Source: Hydrolagus colliei (taxonomy: Eukaryota). Taken from it: a stretch of 64,000 bases of DNA. Under the pieces are notes generated by a model, which made no database searches, was not told where the DNA came from, and saw nothing but the letters and a program-made list of their open reading frames with translations. The DNA lies in the NCBI GenBank assembly GCA_035084275.1, contig CM068755.1, positions 12,214,001 to 12,278,000 of the forward strand. The letters run 5' to 3'. Every line of letters begins with the position of its first letter. Within the stretch, counting starts at the first letter, position 1. The position numbers and the translations under genes were made by a program. Shown piece after piece: positions 36,964-50,136 of the stretch.

Positions 36964-39552
36964 TGGCAATGGAAAGAAACAGGCAGCAAGTCCACTTGGC
37001 AGAGATTGAGCTGTTTAGTTTTTAATTCACAATTGTACTTTTGGGTGGCAATGTGTGCAAAAGTGACAGCTGCATTGCTATCCACAAAGGGGCAAAATCA
37101 CAATGCTTTTGTCTTGACTTTAAGAATAATTTCCACTCTCTGATCTTTAAGAAGGCTAGAATATATCTGAAATATGTATCCCACAATAAATGCATCTGAA
37201 ACTTTTATAAATTATGCAACATTTGTACTGACTGGCACAGAATAAAAGAATTTTATTTTTAACATCTTGCCTCTCGTTTTCTAATTAAAATTGTTTTTAT
37301 TCTGTTTCCTTCCTTCCTTCCCATCCCTCTTTCCATCGAATACAGCAGTTTCTGCTCCCTTCTACATAATCTCTTCCTATCTTGGAGGCCAGATGAACAG
37401 ATCACCGAATGCCCCACAGCCTCTGTCTTTTGAGACAGATTCCTTTGTTCTTAACCTTTTTAAAGGTTTCCAAGTCCAGAATCCGATCTTTGCAGTATTT
37501 GTGGGGTGGAGGGGAGGTGGGGTGTGGGTGGGTGGAATAGTTGCAATAAGCAATCCCTCCATAGAGTGTAGTTGCCTGGCCAGTATTATTCCTTCAGCGT
37601 GTTAATTTTCCCAAAGGTGAGAGGCTTTGAGTCACAAGCCTAGTCACACACCTAGTGACCTGACTGAAAGAAGATAAAGCTCTGCTCATGGGAGGGAGGA
37701 AGCCAGCTATGAGGCCAGGGAGTCAGCAAACGCAAGTGTCAAGTTCTTGGCAAGGCTTGAACCCACAGCCTTGTGGACATGAGGCAAATTCTACTGTAGC
37801 TCTAGTATATCTTCTACAACATGGCACTGTACAATGTGTTGATTCGAATGATTCCAAGCTGCAGCTACTGAAAAGCGTATTTTCCACTTAACATTTCTAA
37901 TTGAAAAGCTTAATTAAAATCTGACAACAGATGTTCTGCGACTGAAAGAAATGAGAGAAAAGCAGCACTGGGAGGGTTAATGTTTAAGTGCGATTGCCAA
38001 CAGATGTTGGCTATGTGCCAGAATGATTCCTTTACCTACACCCTCCCTCCCCCAACTCCACTGTTTACATATTCTAAAAGCATGTGTCAGTTTGCACAAT
38101 TTTTCTTTGGTTCACTCTTTTTTTACTATCATGGGAAAGTTGGTTGTGTAAGTAACTGGGGGAAAAAAACTAGGTGAGTGAATCTGATAGCGGAATGGTT
38201 GCAAGCTATACACGAGACTCTTGTGATCCACTCTTTTGGAATAAATGTCTTTAATAAATTATTGCAGCGTATTGATAACTTGACTTGCAGCAGATGTTTG
38301 CACATTAATCCAATTGAGATGAATTGCATGTTTTCTTGATGTTTATCTCCCAAGTTAACAAGAAAAGCAGTGTAAATGAAGCAAGCGGAGGGTAAGTTTG
38401 TGAGAGGCTGAAATAGAGAGGTGTTGAGGGATGCCTTCTAGGCTTTGTTCCTCGATTCCTTCTCATGCTCATTTTACATAAGTGACCTGGATTCACTGAC
38501 TCATAGTCAAGGTAGTTAAATGTGTAGATCACACCAAGTTGGGGGACTGAGGGAATCAGGCTAGACTGCTACAATTGTTCAAATTGAGCTCAGCGGGATA
38601 ATAATAATAATTATTATTATTATTACCTGTAGTCACTTGTGTAAAACTTCGTACCTCTAGTCACCATAGGGTAAAAGGCCACCCTAGCCTACGAGACTTA
38701 TACCCAGACTACGGAGACTTATCTCCGTAGTCTGTGATAGCAATGTTTCAACAAATGTTGGCATTGGTTAAAAAGGAGAAAACTTGCAGATTAAGTGTTA
38801 CGTGTGTGGGCGGGAGGGTGGTATGGTCTGTCTCTTTTATTGCTTGCTGCTTTTTTCCCCACCTTTTGAAAGAATGCTATGTGTTGCTGGATCTGTGCAC
38901 TTCTAATAGAGTTCATCCTTCCGTATGCTGGTTCTAATCACACAGGTGATCTCCGAATGTTGCTCTTCTATATTGACTGCTTGATTTGCAGTGAATGGCT
39001 TTGTCAAAGTGGCAGCAAGCGTTAAGCCATGGAATTGCATTGTGCAAACAAAGAGGTGGGGGGAGACTGGGGAGGAGGAGGAGGAGGTGGAAAATAGCCA
39101 TTCAAAGATTAATCTTGATTCATGCCATCTGGACAGTACAATGATTTGCTCAAATGTAAATACAGATCTGCGCTTGTGAAAGGGTTAAAAGGTGCTCACT
39201 CAAAGCTATCTAATGTCTATGCCTCTGTAATGTAGCAGTTATGATGAAAGTTCAGTCATTCACTTTAATGGATAAGGGTCATGGCATTTTTAAACCACTT
39301 TAACCCTGCTCCAAACAATGCATTTGAAGCAAGCTCGCTTTACCTACTTTACCCAAGGGGAAATCTTCATTCTGCAAAGTATGTTGTGGACTTTGCTTGA
39401 TATTGGATGCTGGAGTTTCGTGGGGGATGAAGATGTTAGAAGCAGCACATGGTGAAGCTTTTCATAAAGCTGCTGTTCAAACCAACCTTCACATCAATGT
39501 GCATCCACAGTTGTTCTCAGAATAGAACCCAAACACCCATACAAGGCACTTT

Positions 39553-39619
39553 CCAGCACCTTGGGATGGCCTCCCGATATGAAAGGCGCTGTATAAGTGT
39601 AATTTAGTTGTTGTTGTTG
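39553..39619 (+). mobile_element. L2 extreme 3' tail
   Basis: ccagcaccttgggatggcctcccgatatgaaaggcgctgtataagtgtaatttagttgttgttgtt. Confidence 0.82.
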
Positions 39620-40607
39620 GGTCCTCCCAACTCTTTTTTTTACCATCTTTTGAAGTACTTTAGGAGTGACTGAATTAAGCTAAACCCACTACGCTGGATG
39701 TAGGAGAGAAGAAAATGCAATGTGATATTGCATGCTCTATCTCTTGTCTCCCTTCCCCCCCCCCAGCCATGTCTATCCTATAGCGCATTAAAGTAGCAAT
39801 GAATTATCAAGTCATTACTAGGCGACAGTGAAGCGATCACAATAGAGTTTTAGTAAGAGCCTCTCAGTATTCAATGCTGATGCTGACACTTCAGAGAAGT
39901 ACTACAAAGATTGTCGGGTTTGTCTGCATCACAATGGTAGCTCTCAATTTCTGTTGTTACCTTTCCTGGGACGTTTTCTATGTTCACACTGAAAATAATT
40001 TTAATGATGTCCTAAGGTAAATTGACTGGACCGTCATGGAAAAACAGAAATTTAATTGTGGCAGGGGGACTGCTAACGTCTTTGCTATTAGGCATTTTAT
40101 CAAGGTTTGTCTTTGGTCAGTAAAGTCATTATGTTTTTTCTGATGGTTCTTTGTTTTGATATAAACCATATTTTTTTTTAAAAAATCCTCTTATCTATAT
40201 TTGTCACGAATCCATCTTGCCAGTCAGCTTTACTTATCCTAAATTTCAAAACAAATTTACTTCCATGTAATCTTTGCATACTAATTTACTGAAATGTAAA
40301 GTATTCAATGCCTATGCTACAATATTTGGGCAATTTTCTTGTTAGAAAGTAATAATAAAAGAGTCGTGGGAGATGTAGAATAAGTGTCTGCTGTAGTGTC
40401 TGCTGTCCCTGCTTTGATCTTCTAAAGAAGTTGTCTATAACTGCTGGGATAAATCGTGTAGGTCTTAGAAATTCTGGACCTTATCAATGTTTGACAGAAC
40501 TCTTTGTAGCTGAAAGTAATAGCTTATGAGATATATGAATACCAAATGCTTTTCTTCACTATTTCACTCTCCATCCACGAAAGCTCTCCTGAAAGCAAAG
40601 GAGAGAG

Positions 40608-40723
40608 GTAATAATAATTACAATCCTTGCATTTGATATAGTGCCTTTCATGGAGGGAGGACATCTTAAAGTGCTTTACAGGATAAATTGTAAAGTGTAG
40701 TGACAGTATTTTGTAGGCAAACA
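40608..40723 (-). mobile_element. SINE tail
   Basis: atccttgcatttgatatagtgcctttca..aaagtgctttacagg..tgtaaagtg. Confidence 0.8.
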
Positions 40724-40967
40724 CAATGTTAACATGAGAGTGGGGGGGAATGGGTATGGTTTAACTTCCTCCTTCCAGCCTGGGTGCATTGCAACTTTTC
40801 CCAACATGACAAATGCAATCTGTAATGATTTTGTTTTACTACAATTTCTTGCTCGTTATGTTGAAACCAAATGACTAAATGTTTGTTGATTTAAACACAC
40901 GTTTTCTTTGACTCAAGATGGAGCTGGGCCATTTTATTGTAGGCTAATGAAAAAAAGCTGACTGAAT

Positions 40968-41140
40968 CAATAATGATAATCATCCTTGCATTTGATAATA
41001 GTGGCTTATCACTTGTTCAAGACATTTCAAAGCACTTCACCAAATATACTGTAAAGTGTATTTCATAGATGAAAAGCGATGGCCAATTGCACTCAACGGT
41101 GTCCCACAAACAGTCATGGATCGAGTGACCAAATTATATA
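40968..41140 (-). mobile_element. SINE 3' half
   Basis: atccttgcatttgata..ggccaattgcactcaacggtgtcccacaaacagtcatggat. Confidence 0.85.
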
Positions 41141-41278
41141 TTATTTAAAACTTTTTTTCAAAAGTAATATTACCCCCAGAAAAGTAATCCACCAATTGAC
41201 TTACAATCAGGTTCCTACTTACTGCTAGGTAAACAAAGTGCAAAGACTAAAGGTATTTAGTAATGCTGGAGAAACATG

Positions 41279-41618
41279 TGGAGCTCCTGTGGCTCAGTGG
41301 TTAGAGCGCTTGTCTTGCAAGCTGGGGAGACTAAGCTGGGGAGATCTGTGTTCGAATCCAGGCAGGTCAGGGCGAAACCTTGGGCAAGTTTCCTTACTCC
41401 ACGTGCCTAATAATAATCCCTTCCAAAACAACCACAATAATAAAGCTGGTCATTTCAATCCACGACTGTGTGTGGGACACTGCTGTGTGCAATTGGCTGC
41501 CGTGATTCGCGCACAAATATATACAGTCAATTCACTTTACAGTATATTCTGTGAAGCGCTTTGGGACGTTGATAAGATGTGGAAGCGCTATATCAAATGC
41601 AAAGATTATTATTATTAT
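41279..41618 (+). mobile_element. Full-length young tRNA-derived SINE (~340 bp)
   Basis: Pol III A box TGGCTCAGTGG (41290-41300) and B box GTTCGAATCC (41350-41359), body, L2-like stem-loop tail and (TTA)n end. More than 15 partial copies elsewhere in the window. Confidence 0.93.
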
Positions 41619-42720
41619 AAACTTCAAAGAGTGTATTTGTTCTCAATTGCTGGATACAATAAGTTTAATTAACCAAATAACCTGGCATTCTATTATGCCA
41701 CTATGTAAATGTACTCTTAACTTTTATTAGTGCATTAACGGATTGGATGAAAAAAAACATTCTAAAATGTTCCTTCAACTTAAAAGGAATTTTATCAAGC
41801 AGTTATATTTGATTTAGGTCACTAGGTGGCTGTTTCAATAAAAAGCAAATGCTATCTGTTGGGTAAAATGGCTATTCTGAAACTCCAGTTACTCAGACTT
41901 CTCCATTGATAGCAATGCCCAATCATTACGCTCTTTAAAGTGAATCTATTAGAATAATGGCTACCATTTTTAAAGCAATTTCAGGTTACTGTGTGTGAGG
42001 GAATCATCCTGTCAGCTGCTGTAGGTCAAGTCCAATCCCCAGCATCCAAACTGACTCAGTTGTCCATCCTTTGAGATGGCTGTGATGTCTTCATCAGCCT
42101 GTCAAAGGCAGGGCCTGAAGCAAGTGGCAGGTCCCCTGGAGCCTGTCAAGCTTGGTTTCCATGGTACCCCTTCAGGCAGCACTGTAGGCTCACCGTGCTG
42201 AAGGACCCCTGCAACCTGCTATAGCAATCTCTGTAATGTTAAGCCCTGAGGCAGGCTTCAAACCAGCATTGATGAGCACAAAACCTTTACCTTGTCCCAG
42301 GTACACAGCTTGTCACTCCCACAAGCAGTGTGACATTTCTTAATAGGCCAAATGTTATTTAAGCAGTTTTTTTTTTGTTAAAGGAGACCTTTCTCTTATG
42401 ACAACTGCGTGTGAGGGATTGAACAGAAGCTTTCAAATTCGTTTCAAGAAGTCATTAGACGTTTGATGATTTTGTTTATTGATTCCCAGGTTCAGATGCA
42501 TCAATCGTTTGAAGATTATACATCCAACTACAGTATTATGTTTGGATGAGCAGCAACTCGATCGCCTCTAATGGCATGTAGATGGTAAAACCCCAAAGTT
42601 ATGTTCCTCTCAAAAGAACCATTCTGGGTTTGTCTGAAGTTCTGTATCCCCCGATCACATTTCACTGCAATTTTGTTGCAAAAACAGGCCCCTCTTTATT
42701 AGTCTGTTGTTCTCGGTGCT

Positions 42721-42782
42721 CAGCGCCTTGGGACGTCCTCTCGACGTGAAAGGCGCTTTATAAGTGTAATTTGTTGTTGTTT
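42721..42782 (+). mobile_element. L2 extreme 3' tail with intact stem-loop
   Basis: AGCGCCTT-ggg-ACGTC-ctctc-GACGT-ga-AAGGCGCT followed by (ttg)n. Confidence 0.88.
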
Positions 42783-45604
42783 TCTCACCATATCAGGAGC
42801 CATCAAAAAGCCTGAATATTTGTTGAGAATATTGATAGCGAGGCAAATCTTAAGTGCTGCCCTGCCATAGTGAGAGCTGATATCAGTGAGAAACATATCA
42901 GTAGCTGATCTCACCGCCACCCAACTTGTTCTGAGCTGATGAAAGAACTCTTAAAATTGCAATACCTTCCCATTGCTAACTGCACTCTTATAATAATGAA
43001 ACCACTGCGGGGACTCTAAATTCAAGCCCACAATGTTTTGTCCTTTTAATTTTCAGCAACATAAACTTTCTAATAAAAATTCTTTAATGACTTTATGACA
43101 CAATATAAGTATATTCCCCCAAATTAAATAACTTCTTAAATATTCATTCATAATCACTAGTTTAGGATTAATGGCTTTACTGACTAATAAATAAAATTCT
43201 CCTCTCAAAAACAATAAACTGCTTTGTGAAAAGGATATCAGTCTGAATATAGTGTCCATATATTGAAAGTGTGAAAGCATAGCTCAGTACTGTGGCATTT
43301 TGAACCTTAGATCTTCATCTCATTTCTAGTCTATTTCTCATTTGACCAGTGCTGAATCTCCCATTTTCTTTCACATGAAACTTAACTTATAGAGCAACCT
43401 ATTTGTCCATTCGTACATGTTGTGCAATCGTATAAACTAAATTTTCTTTGTAAATGATTCTTTTACACCATAGCTGTGATTGCAACCACAAACGCTGTCG
43501 CAGACTACACAACTGGAAGAGGACCATATTTTGTGAGATTATTTTCATAGTACAGTATAATTTTGAAAGCTGCAAAGGACATTAAGTTTTTGTAAGGATT
43601 TAAATTAAATGTTCTGATATTTTCCCTCAGTGTATAAAGGGGATTATCGGCTCTGTGGCTTGCCTAACTATATCTTATTAGGATAGAAAGCATGAAAAAT
43701 AATTGGCATTTTCCTTCTATGAAACTCTTAAAACGTAAAGGACAAATCTATTGCAAAACGATTTCGAATGTTTAATTGAGTTCCACCTAATCTCCTTATG
43801 CCATTTCAATGTGATTCCTATGTTATACATCATGTGCCCCAGCAATTCAGAGTTGTTACTAAGCTTATTTATATAAATATATGTATAATATACATTGAGT
43901 AAGAATGATAATGAAGATTAATGCATGGATTCTGTTTAAGTGGAAGCTGGGATAAGGTATATTTTGATGAGGTTATTTGACACTATGGGATGGGGGCAGA
44001 TACATGTCTGTTATCCTCTCCTGCGAGGCAAGTAGCCAATGCTGGTTTCTCACAGAATAAAGATAGCAATGTCAAATGTAAACTAAGAACAATTTTCCCA
44101 AACCCCTCTCTCACTTGATTCCATTTGCAAAAAAAAGGCCACATGCACACACAAAAAACCTAATTTAAATGAAGTTCTTTATCAGGGTTAATAGAAGGTG
44201 AAGGTGATTTGCACACTGAGTGACTCCCATCTATTTCACAATAGGAACTGGTACTATATGAATTCTCTGGGACATATCACCAGACATGAATGTTTCACAT
44301 GTTGGCTAAAATGCTCAACAAAAATGCAATGTGGCTATTGTTGTGATCCTGTGTTAATGTTGCCTGATCTGCATGGTTGCTATAACTGAACTTTTCCTTG
44401 TGCTATGACTGTTTGACTAATATGTTTTTCTAACAGAATGATGTAGCTTGCTGTGCTATGTTTCACTTGTTTAAAGTATTTACTGGGCACTCTAGGCAGG
44501 GTTTGCTGTCAATGAGAGTTACCATAACAGCCTTTCATGGGAATAACAGATCATCTAAAAAAGGTCCTTCATTTTGTTTCTTGTACTGTATTTGGTTTGT
44601 CCCTGATTTGTCAATGCTAGCAACTTGTGTCTCAACCTGTAATCATTTTCAGGTCAAAATAGTCGTATTTACAGGTACACCCTGGAGCCCTCTATTGGAT
44701 ACTGGTGGTGTAACTAACATACATTGTAAGATACTGAAGAAGCTAGGATCCACCTCCAGTGCCCCTCCCCCCACCATCAAAAAAAATCAGGTTCTTCTGC
44801 TATCTATACATTCAATGAAATTGCTGTAATGGATTGTACGTCACAAATTACTTTTAACTTCTAGTAACCCTGATACGTTTTGTAATCTGCAATCATTGAT
44901 ATCAGTTTCACAGAGTGAAACATTTTGCTCAGTTTGTCATCATTCAATTCTATACTGAAAGAACAGAAGTTGAAACTACTGTATTATATTGATTATAATT
45001 ACACAACAATGGAAAATGGTATGAGAGGTGGTAGTGCAATATCTGAGTTCACTCGAATAGCACATGAATCCTGATGCTGTAGATTTGTTATAATCTTATC
45101 TTTGGGAGCTATACAAAAAGCTAATTAAAAAGGGGTTTGTAGATGGGTTCTCTATCAGTGAGGGAGTCGTAAACAATCTGTGTTATATCCAATGTTGCAG
45201 TACATCAGAAAATGTTGGAAAGGAGTTCTACTGTATACCTTATGTAGTTCATTACCCATTAAACAGCTGGAAGAACAAGCTTGAAACACTTAAGTACCTG
45301 TCAGTGATGCTGTAATCCTTCAGGTCAAACATCATAATTAGGTGTAATGTCTTTTATGCTACATCAGTTAGCATGATTTTCATATTTGGGACAGTAATAA
45401 AATCTGCCTATCAAAAAAAATCTCTAAAGTACAGCATCATATTTACGAGTTAGTTTTATTTCAGCAAGATATCTTCAGAACATATTTTATTGTGGTTATG
45501 AAATCACAAAATTGCATCATCGCACTTCACCAGCCACACTCTGATATCATTGTAGCACTTTCCCCTTCAAGCCTAAGGGACAAACGTTTATGCGTAATAT
45601 GTAC

Positions 45605-46112
45605 ATTATAATCTTAGAATTTGACTGAGTGCCTTTCATATCGGGAGGATACCTCAAAGCACTTCATAGGATTTACCGTGAAGGAGAAATGTTGTGAATG
45701 TATCCTGCATGTGTCTATCGCAGCATCCCAAACCATTAGGAAGTGAATGGATGGCCAACATTACTTGGGAGAATGTTGGACAGGATATCAGGGAAACTCT
45801 CTTCTCTTTTCAAGTCATGCCATCGGATCTTTAAGGTTCGCCTGAACAGGCAGCTGGGACATAATAATGCATTTGATATAGCACCTTTTCGAGTCTTCAA
45901 GATGTCGCAAAGCGCATCGCAGAATATACTGCAAAGTGAATTGATTGTATACTTTGAGGGATATGTTGGTTTAATGTCTCATCGGAAGGATGGCACCTCC
46001 AACACTGCTGCACACCCCCAGCACTGAAGTGTCAGCTTCGAGAGTTGTGAGTTCAAAGCCTTGGCAACCTTTCGAGTCAGAGACAAGAGCACCACCAACA
46101 GAGCCAGGCTGG
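45605..46112 (-). mobile_element. Old Deu-domain SINE with a younger SINE tail inserted at ~45861-45960
   Basis: tgccatcggatctttaag..ggtttaatgtctcatcggaaggatggcacctccaacactg..gagtcagagacaagagcaccacc. The insert is ataataatgcatttgatatagc..gtgaattgattgtata. Confidence 0.8.
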
Positions 46113-46711
46113 CACCTAAATACCCCCAAATAACACCTGCTCAATTCAAGGAGACAATCCAATTATACCACCATATATGGAAGAATTTATACAAAATGTA
46201 AGTGTAATTATTATTAACTTGTCCAATTCTTAGCTGGCATTCAGTGGAGATACTCCCCATGCTATCCTGCACAGTCTTAAGATTTGACAGCTTGGAAGAT
46301 TGACTGGCCTGTTGATGCATTTCTCATCCCTTGATTCCGAGCAGGAACTGCAGGCATTCAAAATGTCCCAGTCCATAGCTAGCCCTAGTTTCCGTCTCAA
46401 AGCAGATCGCATAGAGTTGTGAAGGCAGCAAAATTAATTCAGGTTGAGGTGGCGGAGATTTCAGATTTTTTTCTTAAATAGCAGGATTTTCAAATTCCTG
46501 TGCTTGCCATTCTGTGCTCCTCATCAATCTTTTTATGAAGTCAATGTACCATTGACACATTTACCAGTTGGATTCTATTAATTTATTCCAGAATCTTAAG
46601 TGAAACTATAAAAGCCTACAGTAGTTTTGAAGCCAAATCACGCAGGGGACAGAGACAACATTTTTGATAAAGGTTGCATAATCATTAACACTGGGTCCAG
46701 TAAAAATAAAT

Positions 46712-47183
46712 ACAACAACAACAACAATTGCACTTAAATTGCACGTCCCAAAGCGCTGAACAGTCAGGTCGGGACCTGAGCGGGAGGGGGAGGGGTGGCA
46801 GATCGGGGCAGGGGGAAGGGGAAGGAGAGTGGGAGAGTCAGTGGGGCAGCCGAAGGCGCGGTCGAAGAAGAAGATCTTGAAACTGACCTTGAAGGAGGAA
46901 AGGGAGGAAGCAAGGTGGAGGGGCTGCGGGATGAAGTTCTACAGTGTGGGAGCAGAGTGGTTGATAGCTCGGCCGCCGATGGTTGGGCGGTAAGGGCAGT
47001 GGACGCGGAGCAGGTCTGAGTCTGCTGAATGGAGGGGACGGGCAGGCTGAAAGGGAGACAGCAGGTCAGAGAGATAGGCGGGGGCAATGGCATTGAAAGT
47101 GAGAACAAGGATCGTGAATTCGATCCTCTGGGTGATGGGGAGCCAGTGGAGATGGGTGAGGGTGGGAGTGATGTGGTCGCGGT
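46712..47183 (-). mobile_element. L2 LINE 3' 470 bp (ORF2 C-terminus plus tail)
   Basis: The minus strand translates to RDHITPTLTHLHWLPI.QRIEF.IL..APAYLSDLL..GGRA..SAP..FK..FFDRAF, with a (CAA)n end on the + strand. Confidence 0.93.
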
Positions 47184-48424
47184 GTCAAATAATTTATTTG
47201 GCTGTGAGATCAGAGTTTGTGAGCTGGAATGTGAAGGAGCTTGGAATTTTGGTATGAAACACAAGTTCAGCCAACAAAAAAGGTTGCCTGTGCTTTAATT
47301 TTAATGACTTACAGGCATCGATCAGTCACATTTGAGGGCACTGGCTTCATTTCTTTCTGTAATGCAGGTGTTCATTAAAGATTTCAGAACCTCTTAGGCA
47401 TGCCCGGTGCTGGTTCTGCAATCAGAGCCACGATCTATTAACAGTCCATACTAATTACTGCCTTCAAACGATTCCTGCAGTTCTATGACACAATATCCTT
47501 TAATTTCTGATAAAAAGTCTTGTGATACTGCGGTGTTGGAGGTAATTAAGGAGCCCTTTACAATCCACCATGTTGTGATCACGGCCCTGCAAGTACAGTT
47601 GTACAGGCGATTCATCGTGTTTGTTTTAATTATGTTCTGCAATGTTGCCCACAAGAGTCCAATTAACGGGCGACAAATGCCTGCCTCATTTTCATGTTAC
47701 TATCACTAAGAGAAAGTAACCTATCTCGTAGTCCCTGGCCTCCAGTCATCCAGAGTACTGCTGGCTTTTTTTTGTGTTTCATTTTTTTTTCTCCAATTAT
47801 AGCTTTGTCTTGGATGACATCAGTATGCCATTGAGGTAGCCTCTCTAGATTCTTTGCCAGAGGCAAGTGAATACAGTATTCAGTGATGATGTGCAGACCA
47901 TCCGGATCTGTTACTCTGGGACTATTTGGATTCTGTGCCTGTACTGGGATGAAAGGGAGCTTAGGGCTGATTTTCAGTCGTACTGACACATGGGATAGCC
48001 TATTGAGACAAATGCATTAGGGCTTTAACATGTTTAGCACAAAAATGAACTGCTTCATACAAAGGGTATGCATATGCGAACTAGGTAAAAATTTTACTGT
48101 ACACTGCGATTCTGAATCAGTTATTAATGTTCAAGTATAATTATTAGCAGCCTTAATTCTGCTAAGGTGCTTCATTATATCGCCATACTCATTAACTCCT
48201 ATGCTTAATATTTATAGTGAATGCAAACCTTACTTTAACGAAAACATCTTTCAAAACATCCTGTTATTTAAAGATACCGGGAACCATAACTGTACAGGTT
48301 ACAAGGTGAGCCAAACAATAGGAAATGAATAAGCATTCTGCAAAGCTATTGTCTATCAATGGGTAAATCAGCCACATATTTAGTAGAAATGATTCTGATA
48401 GACTCCTGCATTAGGCTCCAGGAG

Positions 48425-48795
48425 CCTTACCCGGCTCTACTGGCTCGCCCTGCCCCAAACCATCGAGTTCAGGATCCCCATTCTCACTTTAAATCCCTCC
48501 ATGGTCTTGTTCCACCTGACATCTATGTCCTTCTAAAACCCTTCCAACCAACCTACTCCCTCCATTTGGCAGGCACTGGCCTGCTTCATGTCCCCTGCTC
48601 TGCCTGCCCCACCATTGGCGTTTGACTCTTCAAACTTTTTGCCCCGTCCTGGAGTCCCTTTCTCCTCACCCCTTCTACTTTATTCAAGGTTTCCTCTTTG
48701 ACTGTGTCCGCGGTCAGCCCCCAATCCAACCTAACTTAAGTGTAACCCCTCAAATGTCCATCACAATAGGACATCCTCCTGATGTGAAAGGCTTA
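48425..48795 (+). mobile_element. L2 LINE 3' end, older
   Basis: ctctactggctc..atcgagttcaggatc..FKSLHGLVPP..PFQP..PTIG.. plus tail ggacatcctcctgatgtgaaaggc. Confidence 0.85.
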
Positions 48796-48812
48796 CTTTC
48801 ACACAGAGGGAT

Positions 48813-48867
48813 TGATCTCTATTTCATAATATACTCTTGTATGATCTCTATTTCATAATATACTCTT
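48813..48867. repeat. Tandem duplication, 29-bp period
   Basis: tgatctctatttcataatatactctt at 48813 and 48842. Confidence 0.95.
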
Positions 48868-50136
48868 TCATGCAATATATACTTCCTTGCAGTTCTCAAG
48901 GTTTCTAATTTATTCAGCAAGACACAAAGTAAATTTTGCCCTAAAATAAATCCCATCACTGTTTTTGATTAGGCATTTATAAAGCTTACTTCAGAACTAT
49001 GCCATCCAGTTCACTGTATCATTCTGATGGTGCAAGATGGCAAGCTTCCTTAACTTCATTTTGGTTTACCAGTTCCCAATGTTGCGTCCTATAGGATCAA
49101 GTTTCCAGATGAGTGAGGTACAGTTTATTCATTTATCCTCAGTATTATTTGAGAAGAAACATTGATGGTTATGCTCTGATCAAGCTGCATTGATTTTTGT
49201 AGATATTTCTCCTTTATCATTTTGTTTCTAACTTTAGGGTAAAAGTATAAATGCACAAACCTCTAAACACAAGGCTGACCGAGCAGCCAGCAATTACAGA
49301 ATGGGCTTTCCACCCAGATGGTTATGTATTGGGGCCCCAGGCTTGCTTGTCACTGAAATCTGCTTGTCGTAGCTGGAATATGTTTCCTCAGGTCTTGGCT
49401 GTGCTACTAGATGGAGATTGTCACACAAGCATCTTTTTCTATCCAACGGAAAGGTCCAGCTGACTCATTTCATGACCCGCAGACCTTTCAACGGGACTGG
49501 AGGAAGCAACATCCCACTCCCACCCCCCCTCATAACCGCATACATATGCAGCAAGTCTCATTCTCCATCCTCCTAGAGACCGAGATATGAATCACAATAA
49601 ATTGCAATGTTACCAGGCCTTTAAAATGGAACCCTCCATTCTTGCTATCGCTATCATCATTTGTTTGTGACAAACATCCCTCAGAGACTACCCAGCCTCC
49701 TGGCTCAATGAAGTCATGCAGTGCTGTGAAGTCTCGTGTTGAGAAAGCAATACGATTTTAAAGTGGACAAAATCTCAAAGGACATCTTGTTATTTTAAAC
49801 TCAGAGTAAGGAGCAAGCATGCAACATTGATTCTGCAGAAGGCACAGTGGCTCTATTGAAACTTCAGCGAAAAAAAAGTTATTTTCAGTTTTATGACCAT
49901 AGGACTTTAATAATGAATAATAGCAAATTACCATTATAATTACCAATCTATAAAATACCAGAACATTGTTTTATTAGGCAACAAATTATGTACTTTCATA
50001 AAACCACACGCCGGTCACATACTTAACTATACTTTATCTGATATAATGTACATTCCTATGCCTTTCACTGCCAAACTCTAAATGTATTCAATCAAATTTA
50101 TATTCTTTGCCCTTTGCCAAAAAACAGCTCTTATTT

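Noticed and set aside
41279-41365. tRNA gene
   Set aside because: A and B boxes are present, but there is no cloverleaf and it runs into a multi-copy SINE body.
41238-41672. 144-aa ORF
   Set aside because: Chance translation of the SINE.
46764-47298. Pro/Ser-rich and Gly/Glu-rich ORFs
   Set aside because: Alternative frames of the L2 fragment.
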